Source of the DNA: Felis catus
Lineage: Eukaryota
Direction: 5' to 3'
DNA length: 64,000 nt
Assembly: GCF_018350175.1 (NCBI RefSeq)
Contig: NC_058368.1
Location: forward strand, 225,434,001-225,498,000
In this document: piece after piece, positions 1-12,309 of the stretch
Position numbering within the stretch: position 1 is the stretch's first letter
Layout: each line of letters begins with the position of its first letter
Made by a program: the position numbers and the translations under genes
Notes under the pieces: model-generated
The model's database searches: none
The model's input: only the letters and a program-made list of their open reading frames with translations
What the model was told of the DNA's origin: nothing

Positions 1-229
1 AAAATTAGCTAACTAAATAAGTGTTCAAGATAAAGCAGTAACCTGATCCTCAATAGAATTTTCCATGATGAGCCTGCTTTGAAATGGCTGCAAGACCATC
101 TATCTGGTAACAAGTTCTGCCCAAGAATCCCTCTGGTTTTAAACATACCAGCACTTACAAATGTTTGTTTATCTACCACCAATTTGAGATGCCCATATTT
201 CCACTTCTATATCCTCACAGAACAGAAAG

Positions 230-683
230 AAAAATCTTCTCTTTCCCACATGAGTCCACACTTCTTAGAACATGACTGCTTCTTTCTGCAGCCAAAACAA
301 ACTCTGGTTCCAAAGGAGAGTATGGCCTTTTGGGCTTGGTCCCGCCCCTACTTACTTGAAGACATAAAATGTGTATCGGGTACTTTGCTTGGTGCCTTAG
401 TGAACACCTATACATCATGGGTCTGCTGGAAATCTGTGCTCACGGCTTGTCATGAAAGGTGTGTGCAAATGGGCCAGCAAGGAGCTGCTATGCACACGCA
501 TATTACACAGTCTCTTTTCCACCGTTCTTGCAGATTCCATTTACAAAACACAAGTTCAAAGACAAATTTCTTTCAGAACTTCAGGATGACAACCACAGAA
601 CATCTACTCAAGCATGATGCCCTTCTGAGCATGGGGCTCTGAGGGACCGCACAGGTCACACATGCCCAGGAAGCTGGCCCTGG
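230..683 (-). mobile_element. MER45-family hAT-Tip100 DNA transposon (long form, one end; may extend to the window start)
   Basis: Ends in ...GGAAGCTGGCCCTG, the reverse complement of the MER45 terminus. 230-640 aligns by eye with 50500-50920 of the second copy. Confidence 0.7.
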
Positions 684-883
684 GACAATGTGGATATAGA
701 GGTCGGGGGATACATGAAAGGCTCACTCCAGAAATGTAACGGTATTGAGAAGACAAGTGTCATCCAGCTTGCCCAAGTCACAAGTCTCCCACGTCTACCA
801 AAACAGCATATGGATACCAGAAGATGATACTAACTGAAGTGGGAATGGAAAGAAATAACACGTGACCCAAAGACCAAGTCCTA

Positions 884-1107
884 GGGGCACCTGGGTGGCT
901 CAGTCGGTTACGCATCCGACTTCAGCTCAGGTCATGATCTCACACTCTGTGAGTTCGAGCCCCACGTCGGGCTCTGTGCTGACAGCTCAGAGCCTGGAGC
1001 CTGCTTTGGATTCTGTGTCTCCCTCTCTCTCTGCCCCTGCCCTGCTCATGCTCTGTCTCTGTCTCAAAAATAAATAAAAACATTTTTTAAATGTTTAAAA
1101 AAAAAAA
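884..1107 (+). mobile_element. Can-SINE (SINEC_Fc)
   Basis: GGGGCACCTGGGTGGCTCAGTCGG head, GAGTTCGAGCCC B box, (CT)n and A tail; TSD AAAGACCAAGT(C/T)CTA. Confidence 0.95.
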
Positions 1108-1122
1108 AAAGACCAAGTTCTA

Positions 1123-1785
1123 GCTATGTGTTGTAACATACTACCTAAAATAAGTGGCTTCAAACCATTTTATTGGTCCCTGGGTCACCATGTGGAGGGC
1201 CATTTATTGACACGAAACTTGCTCCTTGTATGGTTACAAGATCCAGAAATAAAATTCTATTGTGTTTGAGTCATAGATACATGTGCATATGCATATGTAT
1301 ATATGTATATGTTTATGTGTATATGTGTGCATGTATATATATGCATATGTATATATACATGCATATGGATATGTGCGTATGTGTATATATACAATGAGAG
1401 AGAAAGAGAAAGAGAGGAATTTGGGCAAGGTTTGGCTGGGACATTCTTCAGTCCCTTATGGCACTGACCAGGGTCGCTAGCTGGGATTCAGCGGCCACAG
1501 AATTGGACTGGATGGTTTCTCAGATACCTGGGTCTTTTCCACATGACTCCAGCAGCATAGCCGGACTTCCTCCAGGGCGCTCGGGGCCCTAAGAGCAAGT
1601 GTTCCAAGAGCCAGGAAGAGCAAGCTGCCAGTTTCTTAGGGCCTGGGCTTGGAAACTGGCACAGCATCACAGTTTCAATACCTTATTGGCCGGAGCAATC
1701 ACAGAGCCTGCCCGGATTCAAGAGAGGCAACGTCAACCCGCCTCCTGATGGGCGGAAAATCTGCAGCCTTCTTTAATCTGCCACA
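1123..1785 (-). mobile_element. MLT1 (H/G-like) MaLR solo LTR interrupted by a microsatellite
   Basis: Terminal TTTAATCTGCCACA plus MLT1-like TGTAACA...AAGTGGCTT motif. Confidence 0.7.
1275..1392. repeat. Imperfect (TATG/TA/TG)n microsatellite
   Basis: Seen directly. Confidence 0.9.
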
Positions 1786-2359
1786 CGCCCCTTAGCGAAG
1801 ATCATGTCTACGTGTACCGTGAAAAACCCTTACTTTCATCGCAATGAACAGATCGCTGGGAATTTCCCCAAATCTGTTTCCCAGGCAAGGGTTTGTGAAT
1901 GAAGGGACTCAACGTATCTTCCAATCAGCCGTGGCCTTGTCCCTTTGAGCTCGTTTCACTGTATGCCATACGTATATTTATTGTTTATAGTCCTTTCCAT
2001 ACGTGCAGGCATAACTGCTCAATAATTATAATATCCTAAAGCACCTTGCCTTCTACATCTTTTGTAATACCTCTCAGAATGTAACCTACTCTGTTACAAG
2101 AGCAAGGGATGAACAAATCTGACTTCTGATTAACAGTGTAGCTCCCCCCCCACCCCCAAAAGATGTGAAGCCAATTTTAAAATTATTTCTCCCGTATATC
2201 TGAAGTTTTTCTGGGTATTTCTAGGATGCTGTCTATAACTTTTTGCCTGCCTGTGTGAAGAAAAACTGTGCTTCCCCCTGAAAACCTGTGTATGTTCTGT
2301 GCGCCCTGTGGGCCTGCCTCTGCCCTGCTTCTGGGTGGTCCATCATACCTCAGTGGCTT

Positions 2360-3000
2360 CAGGACTCACTGTTTCCTGAATCTGATGTCTTGCGTCCAGT
2401 TCTGGAAATTTCCCTCTTGCTTTCTTTTCTTTTCTTTTTTAATAAAGAAGTTCCTTTGTTCATCTTGAGACGGAGAGACAGAAACAGAGAAAGAATCCCA
2501 AGCAGCGCAGAGCCCAACACAGGGCTGGAACTCTCGAACCATGAGATCGTGACCCGAGCCAAGATCAAGAGTGGATGCTTAACCAATGGACTGAGTCACC
2601 CAGGCGCCACTCCCTGTTGTTTCTTGAATATGAACTCTTCCCTACTCCCTTTTATCTCTTCTTGAGATTCTATTACAGGTAACTTAGACCTTCCTACCCC
2701 ATACTCCAGGCCATTTGTCCTCTACTTGTCTTTCTGTAGTATGTTCCGGGTTAATGCCACAGATGAATTTTGCAACTCCTAGGTTCACTGTGAGACCCTG
2801 TCAAAACAGCTCCTTTGGCCTGTTTTTTGAGATGTTTAAAGACTTTTGTTTTAATTTCTAGAAATGTTGTTTTGCTCTTTTTCAGACATGCCTGGTCTTC
2901 TTGATATGGTATATTACTTTTTTCTTTCCCATTTCCTATTTACATGTTTATTTTTTGGTCTTTAATCAGTTGACACATATTCTCTGGTCTCTAGACGACC
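2360..3000 (-). mobile_element. Ancient L1M fragment interrupted by a SINE
   Basis: T-rich strand with CAGTTCTGGAAATT and TTAGACCTT motifs typical of antisense old L1. Confidence 0.45.
2421..2608 (-). mobile_element. Can-SINE (older subfamily)
   Basis: Reversed head CACCCAGGCGCC, AAGATCAAGAGT, T-rich tail. Confidence 0.9.
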
Positions 3001-3334
3001 GTTCTAGAGTTCTTGGCCGTTACCTCTGCTGCTGACATCTATTCACGTGGAGTCCTCCCCTGTGGGCTGTGGGATTCACAATAGTGAACTCATGTTCAGT
3101 GGGGACTTGCCTGGGGGAATCCGATGCTGCATGAGCAGGGGGCACATTCCTCCTCCTGAGTTACCGAAGCACTTGCTATCTTGGAAGTTCAAGGGGTATC
3201 ACCAGCCTGAGACTACTTCTTATGTTAATTTTTTCTCTTCAGGAGCCCCTGACCATGCAAGTGGTATAAATTCAACCCCAAATCCACGGGACCATAACGC
3301 TGTGGTAACAATTCCTTAGGAGATTCCAGAGATT

Positions 3335-3424
3335 TTATTGTAGTGAACTTTGGCATTCTAACCATTTAATTTTTTTTTTTTTGAGAGAGAGAGAGAGACA
3401 GAGACAGAGAGCATGAGTGGGGAA

Positions 3425-3468
<44 letters not shown>

Positions 3469-3720
3469 CCCAAGCAGTCCCCATGCTGTCAGCAAGAGCC
3501 TGACATGGGACTCAATCTCATCATCATGACCTGAGCGGAAATCAAGAGTCAGATGCTCAACCGCTTGAACTACCCAGGCGCCCCTAACCATGTTAAGTGT
3601 GCAATTCGGTGGCATTTAGTACAACCATCATCACTGGTTCTCGAACATTTTCATCACCCCAAAAGGAAACCCGGTGCCTACCGTCCCCTCCTCCCGGCCC
3701 CTGGTAACCACTAACCTGCC
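3335..3720 (-). mobile_element. L1MB-like 3' end interrupted by a SINE
   Basis: AAGTGTGCAATTCGGTGGCATTTAGTACA and ACATTTTCATCACCCCAAAAGGAAACCC. Confidence 0.7.
3365..3584 (-). mobile_element. Can-SINE
   Basis: T tail, (GA)n, CCAGGCGCCCC; TSD CTAACCAT. Confidence 0.93.
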
Positions 3721-3919
3721 CAGTCCAAGACAGAAACATCCCCTTGTCGTTGCTTTTGGCTGTGGGGGCAAATGTTTTTCAGATTCTCAGCTTTATGTGG
3801 GGGTCTTCTTTCCTTCTCCTCTCTTGCTGGTCCAGAGACTCGTCTCTGTCCAAGCTGTTGGTGGAAACCCGTTAGACTGAAAGTCATTCTTAGTATAAAT
3901 ACTGAATTCTGGGCTCTGA

Positions 3920-4423
3920 GCAGGTATTTGTGAATAACCCAGACAAAAATCCCTACCCTCACGGAACTGACTTTCTAGAAGGAAGGAGGCAGAAAACAAT
4001 AACCAAATTATAAAGGAAGTTAAAGGTGAGGAAGGAGCAACGCGGGGACAGTAGAGGATTAACAGAGAAATTGGAGGGGGGCAGGAGTGCATGAATCAGG
4101 GAGCTTTTGGGGGCCACTGTGAGAATCAGGGCCTTGGTTTCGAGAGAAATGAAGACACTGGAGACTTTTGTTGAGGAGTACCATGTGTGACTGACATGTG
4201 AAGAGGTTCATTGTGGCTGGCGTGTTGAGATGAGACCACAAGGTCGCCAGAGAGAGACCTGTCGCCACACCGCTGCAATAATCCCACGAGTGACGGAGGC
4301 TGGACCAGGGAGTAAGAGCAGCCAATTGGTAAGAAGTGGCTGGATTTTCAAGTTATGTGGAAAACGGAGCCCACAGGGTCTCCCAACAGATTGGTTTTAC
4401 CACGGGAGAGAGTCATCCAGGAT
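3920..4423 (-). mobile_element. L2 fragment (resumes about 5437-5560)
   Basis: AGACAAAAATCCCTACCCTCACGGAACTGAC and GCAATAATCCCACGAG are L2-like motifs. Confidence 0.6.
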
Positions 4424-4468
4424 GGTGCGGTAGGCAGAACAATGGCCCCACAAAGACGTCTGTGTCCT

Positions 4469-4750
4469 AGGGCAGGGGTTAGAGGGAGAGTGAAATCCAT
4501 GAAAGGGATTAGGAGGTGCAGAGTTCGAGGTATAAAACAAATAAGTTACGGGGATGTAAAGTATAGCATAGGGACTATAGTCAATACTGTTGCAATAACT
4601 TTGTATGAGAACAGACGGTATCTCGACTTCTTGTGGGGATCATTTCGTAATGTATCAAAACGCCGAATCGCTATGGTGTCCACCTGAAACTAACAGGATA
4701 CTGCATGTCAATTATACTTCAATAAAGAAATGAATTACTTAAAAAAAAAA
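4469..4750 (+). mobile_element. 5'-truncated L1 3' end (L1_Carn/L1MA9-like)
   Basis: CACCTGAAACTAAC...TATACTTCAATAAA and poly-A; TSD AAAGA(C/T)G(T/C)CT(G/A)TGTCC at 4452-4467 and 4748-4763. Confidence 0.85.
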
Positions 4751-4876
4751 GATGCCTATGTCCCAATCCCTGAACCTGTGAATATGGTGAGTGACTTACA
4801 TGCTTACACGGCACAAGGAAATGAATTAAGGTTTCAGATGGAATTCAGGTTGCTAACCAAATGACCTTCAACTCAA

Positions 4877-5086
4877 GGCACCTGGGTGGCTTAGTCGTGT
4901 TAAGTGTCCGACTTCAGCTCAGGTCATGATCTCGTGGTTTGTGTGACCGAGCCCCATGTCAGGCTCTGCCCTGATAGAGCGGAGCCTGCTTTGAATCTTC
5001 TGCTCGCCTCCCCCTCTCTCTCTGCCTCCCCCCACCCCGCCTCCCGCTCAAAAATAAATAAATAAATAAACACTTAGAAAAAAAAA
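4877..5086 (+). mobile_element. Can-SINE
   Basis: GGCACCTGGGTGGC head and (AAAT)n tail. Confidence 0.9.
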
Positions 5087-5764
5087 ATCAGGAGATTATC
5101 CTAGATTCTCTGGCTGGACCAAATACAATCCTACGAGGAAGAACCAGAGAGATGGCAGCTTGGGAAAGACTCCACTCAACGATGTTGACTCTGAAGGTGG
5201 AGAAAAGGGGCCACGTGCCCAGAAACGCAGACAGCCTCCTGCAACTGGGAAAAGCAAGGGAACAGATTCTCTTCTAGAGCCTCCAGAAGGAGCATAGCCC
5301 TGCCAAAGCCTGGATTTTAGCTGGGTGACACCCGTGTTGGACCTCTAATCTCAAAAACATAAGACAATAAATCTGCATTGTTCTAAGTCACAACGTTTGT
5401 GGTAACTTGTTACAGCAGCGATCGGAAGCTAATACAGAGGGCGTCGAAGTTTCGTACCAAGCAAGTGGAAGGATGGGGCTGTCATCGGGTGACATGGGGA
5501 AGGGGTAGGTAGAGGAAGTTCGGGGGCAAGAATCCTCAGTTCCATTTTAAATACATTCTATTCCTGGAGAGAATCTGTCATACACCCGCACCAGGAGACA
5601 TTTACGTGCCTGTTCATAACTGCATGAGAGTAAAACCTTGGCCCATCCCAAGTGTCCACGATGGGAGAATGAATGAATATTACACGGCCGTGAAGTGAAT
5701 GAACTACGTTTGGAAACAGTATAAATGAATTTGAGTAATATGTTTTAGGGAGCGATATGCTTTT

Positions 5765-5968
5765 GGGGCGCCTGGGTGGCTCAGTCGGTTAAGCGTCCGA
5801 CCTCAGCTCAGGTCACTATCTCACGGTTCGTGAGTTTGAGCCCCGCGTCAGACTCACCGATGTCAGCACGGAGCCTGCTTTGGATCCTCTGTCCCTCTCT
5901 CTCTCTGCCCCTCCCCCACTTGCACTCTCTCTGTCTCTCTCAAAATAAATAAAGTGTAAAAAATAAAA
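5765..5968 (+). mobile_element. Can-SINE
   Basis: Canonical head, B box, (CT)n, A tail. Confidence 0.93.
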
Positions 5969-6621
5969 GAGTATTATTCTTTTGTGTCCATCAAATAATA
6001 AGCAATGCTTTAATAGTCTCCTAATGGATCGCTAAAAGGCTACATTCCTCCCCTCAGAGTGCCCTGTCACCAGGCATGGCTACAGAATTCTGGACTCACC
6101 AGTCCGGGTTTCGGTTCCTTCTATGATTTGGGGCCCCAGAGGATTTTACTGTCTCAAGAGCTCACTTACACAATTTAAAAGGATGTGTTTTTGAAACTTT
6201 GTCTGGCATTTCTAGGTATATAACACTGGGAGGATTTTCTAATTATCTAGCCCTCTTGAAAAGCCTATTAACAACTCCCAGACTTTACACCTTAATCAAT
6301 AAATGAGAATTTCTGGGTCAGAGCCCAAAGCATCTCTATGTTTTTAAAGCTCCATGGGTGGCTACAAAGCAAACTCACTACAGCAGGCACGCAATAAATC
6401 GCTGATTGATTCGTTGGGGGAGGAGGGAGTCTGTCCTGCCTAGAACCTGAACTACAGTCTTTCCTGGGCTTGAGACGACTTGAGCACGTCTGGGGCCAAC
6501 CCACCAGATATCTGTTGCCCCAAGGGCTAACGGGCTCCAGGGAGATAACACAGTCCAGAGGAAGAAAGAACTGGGTACAAGCTTAATTCTGAGTAGACTT
6601 CAGGGTCTGTGAGCTGGCTTC

Positions 6622-6836
6622 ATGTGGGTTAAAGGAATCAGACATATCAAGTTCAAATCCTCTATGATCTTGGCATCTGCTTACCTCTCTGAGCCTCAGC
6701 TTCGTCGCTTGGAAAATGGTGCCATTTATAGTATCTATCTTTGGGGGCTTCTGTGAACACTGAATGAGGCCACGTTTGGAGAGTTATTCCCCTAAGTGCC
6801 CGGAGCACAGTAGGTGCTCGGGAAGCATTAACTATA
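6622..6836 (+). mobile_element. MIR
   Basis: MIR core CTTACCTCTCTGAGCCTCAG and 3' GCACAGTAGGTGCTC. Confidence 0.75.
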
Positions 6837-7157
6837 AGTGAATGGAAATCGCCTTTTCTCTAAGACCTCCGGTCCTCCGCTTGCTGTTGGAGTAGACTGC
6901 AAGGAAAAAGAGAGAGGGGGGATGGAGGGGGCCGCCCATAGTGGCCGAGCCCATCACCTCTGGCACTTCCAGGAGACAGGATGCCTGGCAGACACCTAGG
7001 TGATCCTCTGCAAAAACCGTTCAGGGGTCTAGCGGAGGCCTCATCGCAGAAGCAAGAACAGCAATGATCAAGAGGCATAAGGAAATTCTCCAACAGGTTT
7101 GCTTCGAATCGCAGTGTGGGTACCATCTTGCCCGCCATAAGGAAGAGTCTTGATCCT

Positions 7158-7567
7158 GGGGGGCCCGGGTGGTTCAGCCGGTCAAAAGTCCAGCTTCAGG
7201 GGCGCCTGGGTGGCTCAGTCGGTTAAGCGGCCGACTTCAGCTCAGGTTGTGATCTCATGGTTCGTGAGTTCCAGCCCCGCGTCGGGCTCTGTGCTGACAG
7301 CTCGGAGCCTGGAGCCTGTTTCAGATTCTGTGTCTCCCTCTCTCTGACCCTCCCCTGTTCATGCTCTGTCTCTCCCTGTCTCAAAAATAAAGAAAACGTT
7401 AAAAAAAAAAAAAAAAAAAAGTCCAGCTTCAACTCGGTTCATGATCTCGTGGTTCGTGGGTCCGGGCCCCGCCTCGGGCTCTGTGCTGACAGCTCAGCGG
7501 CTCGAGCCTGCTTGGGATTCTGTGTCTTCCTCTCTCTCTCTCTCTCTCTGCCCCAACCCCACTCATG

Positions 7568-7610
<43 letters not shown>

Positions 7611-7654
7611 AATAAACAAACAGTAAAAAAGCAAAACAAAACCACAACAAAAAA
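7158..7654 (+). mobile_element. Can-SINE (outer host element split by a younger SINE)
   Basis: Head at 7158-7198, body resumes at 7432; TSD GAAGAG(T/G)CTTGATCCTG. Confidence 0.9.
7199..7416 (+). mobile_element. Can-SINE nested inside a SINE
   Basis: Full element with perfect TSD AAAAGTCCAGCTTCA. Confidence 0.95.
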
Positions 7655-7759
7655 GAAGAGGCTTGATCCTGAAACCAATAGTATTTCAAACACTGCTATT
7701 CCAGAGGAGAGGACCTTAGTGAATGGGACCCACCTTGAAGCTCCATATGCTCCTAAATC

Positions 7760-7902
7760 CGGTGGCCTGCTGGTAAACCCACCCTCAAAAATCAAAAATG
7801 TTTAAAGCCCTCATTTCTAGCATTTGTCAGTCTCCACGGTGTAAATTCTCCCACCGCGGCCAATACCAGCAGGGGGTTCTCACTTTGTCCAGCACAACAT
7901 TG
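7760..7902. mobile_element. MER63-like hAT-Blackjack fragment
   Basis: GCTGGTAAA, AAGCCCTCATTTCTAGCATTTG, GGTGTAAATTCTCCCACC, CCAGCACAAC. Confidence 0.65.
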
Positions 7903-8449
7903 CTTCTTCATTCTTCATTTGGGGGCAGGGCCCCCAAAAGGCGGCTGACACCCCGCAGCACTTAAGTGATCATGCTGTCCCTGGAGAAGGGACATTTCTA
8001 CATACGACTTAGCTCATCTGTGTCCTGACACTGCCGTGCACATAATGTATTCTCTCGTCCTGACCGGCACATGTATAACCACGGAGCAGGTAAATACCGT
8101 AATGCCGTAATTCATAAATAATCTGCACATCGGCCTGTCTTGCACACTGTCTGATGGAACTTTGTCCTCCTCCTTTATGACAGCCTTCGCGTCTTTGGGG
8201 GAAACCACATTTTTAAGGTGCTCCCGGGAAAATGGCTTACGATGTTGTCAAGTTGGAGAGCGCTTGTGGCATGGGGTTCCAGCAGTGGGGGTCATGCTTG
8301 AAAATCCAAACTCTATAGGGAAGTCAGTCAGAGGACTTGTCACCAAATGTTACATAGAATAAACAATTCAGTAAAACGACACGGCCCGGAAATGCGGAAA
8401 TTATGGAAAACAGCCATCGGCGCGTGCCAGAATCCCACAGATGGCAGTG

Positions 8450-8540
8450 AAAACACAGACTCCTGGGCCCCGTGGCCTGAGCTTCCGAATCAGTGGGCCT
8501 GGGGCCCGCGAATGCGCATTTCTAACAAGTTCCCAGACAT
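8450..8540. mobile_element. MER5A-like hAT-Charlie fragment
   Basis: GCATTTCTAACAAGTTCCCAG motif. Confidence 0.6.
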
Positions 8541-10084
8541 TATCCTCGTGTTGCGCCTTGCTCAACTATCCAGTCTATGTTTGCCAAACAGACGGCAGTC
8601 AAAATTTTAGAAGCTGTCCTCGGACTGGAACAAGACTTCTGGAAGACTGTTAACACAAGCATTAAGTCTCCCGTGAAATTTCGTCTAGGAGTTTCAAGGT
8701 TATGTATCTGGTTGGTTAGCTTCCTACTTCGTAGCAGTCATTCTGGTTTCGGCCTCAGCAAAGAGAAGACACAAGTTGCTTGGGGTTGCACAGCAAAGAG
8801 TGAGAGAACGGAGCCTCCAACATGGAGCTTTCTCCTCTCTGCCTCCCTCCGGGGCCCGGAGCACAAGGGTGTGCAAGACACGCGCTTGGAACTGTGTGAA
8901 ATCGTGGAAGGGAGGCAGAGGGACGCAATCCCGGTAGGATGAATCTTCAAGGCTGTCCGCGGGGTCAGAGTGGGGCCCTCGCATTTCTGCATTATTTAGC
9001 CACACTCTGAAATTCCAGCCTCCCTTTTCCTCCAAAGAAGTTGCTCTAGGTACAAAGGTGGTTCGTTTCATAGCTTATGCCCAGGAGAGACTAAAAAAAA
9101 AAAAAACACCCCAAATGTTATTTTTAACAGTTGATGTAAGCAGGATGTGAAGGTCATTGTTTTAAAATCACATCTCCCAACAGAGAAAAATAATCTTAAT
9201 TGAAGTGTTTTGTTTTGTTTTGTTTTGTGCTGGTCTCACTCACAATACTCCTTTTCTAACTAGCCTAGAAACTGCTGCTTTAATCCTTAGTATTTTCTGA
9301 GTTGTTGTTGTTTTTTTTTTAAATAACCTTGAAGTGAATTCAGATCCACCAAATGCTTTTGAATTTTACACATATTAGTCATGATTGTCAAGCAGGGTTC
9401 CCCCCCCCCTCCCCAGGCTGGTTTCAAGGTCATTTTGCAAACACCACCCACTGGGCCCCCAACAGGGACACCTCAGCCAGTTGGAGCCAGCTGGACCTAA
9501 GCCCTGTCTGTAAATGTTATAAACCGCATTCTCTCCTGACATTATCTTACCCAGCTAGCCAGATGTCACAGGTCCGGTTGTTTGTTATCCTTGCTTTTAT
9601 TTTTCCCCTGCTAGTCTGATAGCTTTTAGGGTCAACGATCAACAGGCATTTTAGAAATGAGATGTGTTCAATGGCCTTAGGGGCGAATGACCCATTTAAG
9701 GGGACTTAGCTCAGCGGCTCAACCCTGACGCATCACTGACTTACGGGTCTCAGGGTGAGCGGTCCCTCGGGGGCCGCATGGCAGGAGATGGGCCTTCGGG
9801 TCCTCTTTTTAGCCTCTGCTTAATGAAAGGCAGGTCCTCTTTGTAAAAACTTGGTTGTTCTAGACCTTGGGATTTTAGGTAACAACGAATGTGGCCGAAA
9901 ACTGCTATTATTCTGTTTGCCTAAGCTGTCAGATGGGGTGCTAAGCATTCGTCGGGAGCTTGGAAGGTACCTACAATTGTTTCCACTGTATATGTAGGAA
10001 GCAACTTGGAGTCGCTGGGTAACCTGCCAGGACCAAGTGGCGGCCAATTCTATTGTCTCCAAGCAGTAGTAGCCGATGCTTATT

Positions 10085-10462
10085 GTCTTAGTCAGATCCA
10101 GCTGCCCCTAACAAACAGCCGTCGACCAGGTGGCTTAAACAACAGACATTCCTTTCTCGCCTCTGGAGGCTGGGAAGTCCAAGAGCGAGGTATCGGCTGA
10201 TCTGTGTCTGGCGAGACCCGCCTCTCTGGTTTGTAGACTACCACGTTCTTGCTGTGTCCGAACTTGGCAGAGAGAAAAGCACAAGACAAAAAATTCTGGT
10301 GTCTCTGCCTCTTCTGATAAGGACGCGAATCCATCACGGGGCTCCTACCTTTGGGAGCTCATCTAAACCCAATGAGCCGCCAAAGGCCCCACTTCCTAAG
10401 AGAATCACCCTGGGGGTTAGGACATGACAGTGTGAATTTTGGAGGACGAACACACTGAGTAT
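10085..10462 (-). mobile_element. MLT1A-like MaLR solo LTR
   Basis: TGTCTTAGTC, GGCTTAAACAACAGA, TCTGGAGGCTGGGAAGTCCAAG, AAGGCCCCAC. Confidence 0.85.
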
Positions 10463-10847
10463 TGACTTCTTTATGCTAATCCCTCTAGGTGTATTACTTC
10501 TTACAATCCTCACAAAAGACCTACGAGAATACTGTTGTCATCTCATGGTCCGGATAATGAGATAGCACGGAGAGGTTAAGCAGCCGGCTCCAGGGTCCCC
10601 ACCAAGCCCCTGAGCCACAGGACCCTCCCACTGAGAACCCCTCCTCCTGGGAGACCACCATGAATCCGCCCTAGAACTCCAGCATCAGGGGAAAAGGTGC
10701 GTCACAGACGAGAAAGACATGGTGAGCTAGTAGCTAGATACTAGGGTTCTAGTTCTAGAACTTTCTCTATTAGACATCCCCCCCCCCACCACTCTTCTGG
10801 GTCTTATTTTGTTTACAAAATAAGGGAGTTAAAAATAAAATAAATCA

Positions 10848-11074
10848 GGGGCGCCTGGGTGGCGCAGTCGGTTAAGCGTCCGACTTCAGCCAGGTCACGA
10901 TCTTGTGGTCCGTGAGTTCGAGCCCCGCATCAGGCTCTGGGCTGATGGCTCGGAGCCTGGAGCCTGTTTCCGATCCTGTGTCTCCCTCTCTCTCTGCCCC
11001 TCCCCCGTTCATGCTCTGTCTCTCTCTGTCCCAAAAATAAATAAAAAACATTGAAAAAAAAAATTTAAAAAAAT
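10848..11074 (+). mobile_element. Young SINEC_Fc
   Basis: GGCGCAGTCGG...TCAGCCAGGTCACG diagnostic head; TSD AAAATAAAATAAATCA. Confidence 0.95.
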
Positions 11075-11356
11075 AAAATAAAATAAATCAAATTAATCTC
11101 TCTAAGCCAGCTCCCAGTTTTAATAGCTGTGTCTCTGCTTATGTCCACGAGGTCGGCAAACCCTCCCTCAGGCACTGATGCCGACTGGCACGATTCGGAT
11201 CTAGCTGCCATCTCAGACTTGTCATGCGCTGAGTTATGCCTTAATAAGGACTCTCTCAAGAGCCTCCCCCCATGTCAGCTTCTGATCCAGACTCGCTCAC
11301 CAGAAACACACGGCCACAGTTCCTTCTGGGGTAGGGGAGCCCCCACCCCACCCCCG

Positions 11357-11530
11357 CCAGGAGGCTCCACGGGAGACCACACGGCCACGCAGGGTCTCCC
11401 GCTCCAAAGGGCCCTCCCTGCACCTGAGTCAATGCTCTGAAGTCACTCTTAAATTCCTAGGAATTGTTGAATAAAGAGACCTGCATTTCCTTTTTGCCCA
11501 GGGCCCTCCGGTCTACACAGCTGGTCCTGC
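11357..11530 (+). mobile_element. MER45A-like MITE
   Basis: AAAGGGCCC, TTAAATTCC, CTGCATTTCCTTTTTGCCCAGGGCCC, end GCTGGTCCTG. Confidence 0.6.
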
Positions 11531-11734
11531 CCCGACTTGTCTACACCACCTGTTCTCCTAGCCCACAGACGCAGTTCTCTCGGTGGGGATCGCTCAGAAC
11601 AACCTTATGCCCAGTCCGCCTGTGCCTTGCTTGTCGGTGACACACATTTTCCCCAGATGCTGGAGTTCCGGGGAGGAGGCACGGTGGTCTCCCAAGAAAA
11701 GTGGCTCTCAGTGGGAGGGTCCTGGGGCTCAGGG

Positions 11735-11896
11735 GTTTGGCGTGGGCCCTGGAGCCGGCTGCCTGGACTTGTGTTCCTGCTGTGCACCCACCTCGCTGTG
11801 TGCCCTGAAGCAGGCTGCTTAACCTCTCTGTGCTACCGTCTCACCATCTCTACAACGGCAATAACAATACCCTCATGAGGCTGTTGTGAAAACGAA
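11735..11896 (+). mobile_element. MIR
   Basis: CTGGAGCC, CTTAACCTCTCTGTGC, CCTCATGAGGCTGTTGTGA. Confidence 0.75.
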
Positions 11897-12272
11897 CCTC
11901 AGTACCATGGGACCTTTTCATCAACAATTAATGTTTCTTGTGTCTATAAAAGAACGATGTGGTTGATTTTTTACTCCATTTTTTTCTGTTCTGACCAAAA
12001 AAAAAAAAAACCGTACAAAGGAATGTCACAGGAGTGAATGTTCTGGTTTTCTTCGGAAAGAAGTTGATGAGGCTTCAGGTCATTAGACCAGCTCAGGGAC
12101 CGGGTGAGATACTAACTAAAGAAATTAGGGTAAAAGCTAATTAAAGTCTTGAAGACACTAGCGAGGGATCAGGTCAGATCGCAAGTTCCAAATCCCGGCG
12201 TCCCCGAGGGTTCCGAATCTTCTTGGCAACACTACCAGGACATGACAATCCAGAAGAATTCTAATCTTAAGC

Positions 12273-12309
12273 GGGGGGGGGGGGGGGGGGGGGGGGGAGG
12301 GGCGGGGGG
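12273..12309. repeat. Poly-G tract (G25 plus G4 and G6)
   Basis: Seen directly. Confidence 0.95.

Larger units (their letters stand above)
4424..5436 (+). mobile_element. MLT1 (D/E-like) MaLR LTR containing an L1 and a SINE
   Basis: GGTAGGCAGAACAATGGCCCC start, GGAGATTATCC, CTAGAGCCTCCAGAAGG, end GCTAATACA. Confidence 0.8.

Noticed and set aside
79..642. 187-aa ORF
   Set aside because: Starts at TTG, lies largely in a MER45-family fossil, and resembles no protein I recognise.
884..970. tRNA-like A and B boxes
   Set aside because: These are tRNA-derived SINE heads, not tRNA genes.
7257..7805. 182-aa ORF and the many similar MAQSVKRPTSAQV / SLSLSL / ERERER ORFs
   Set aside because: These are translations of Can-SINE bodies and their microsatellites.
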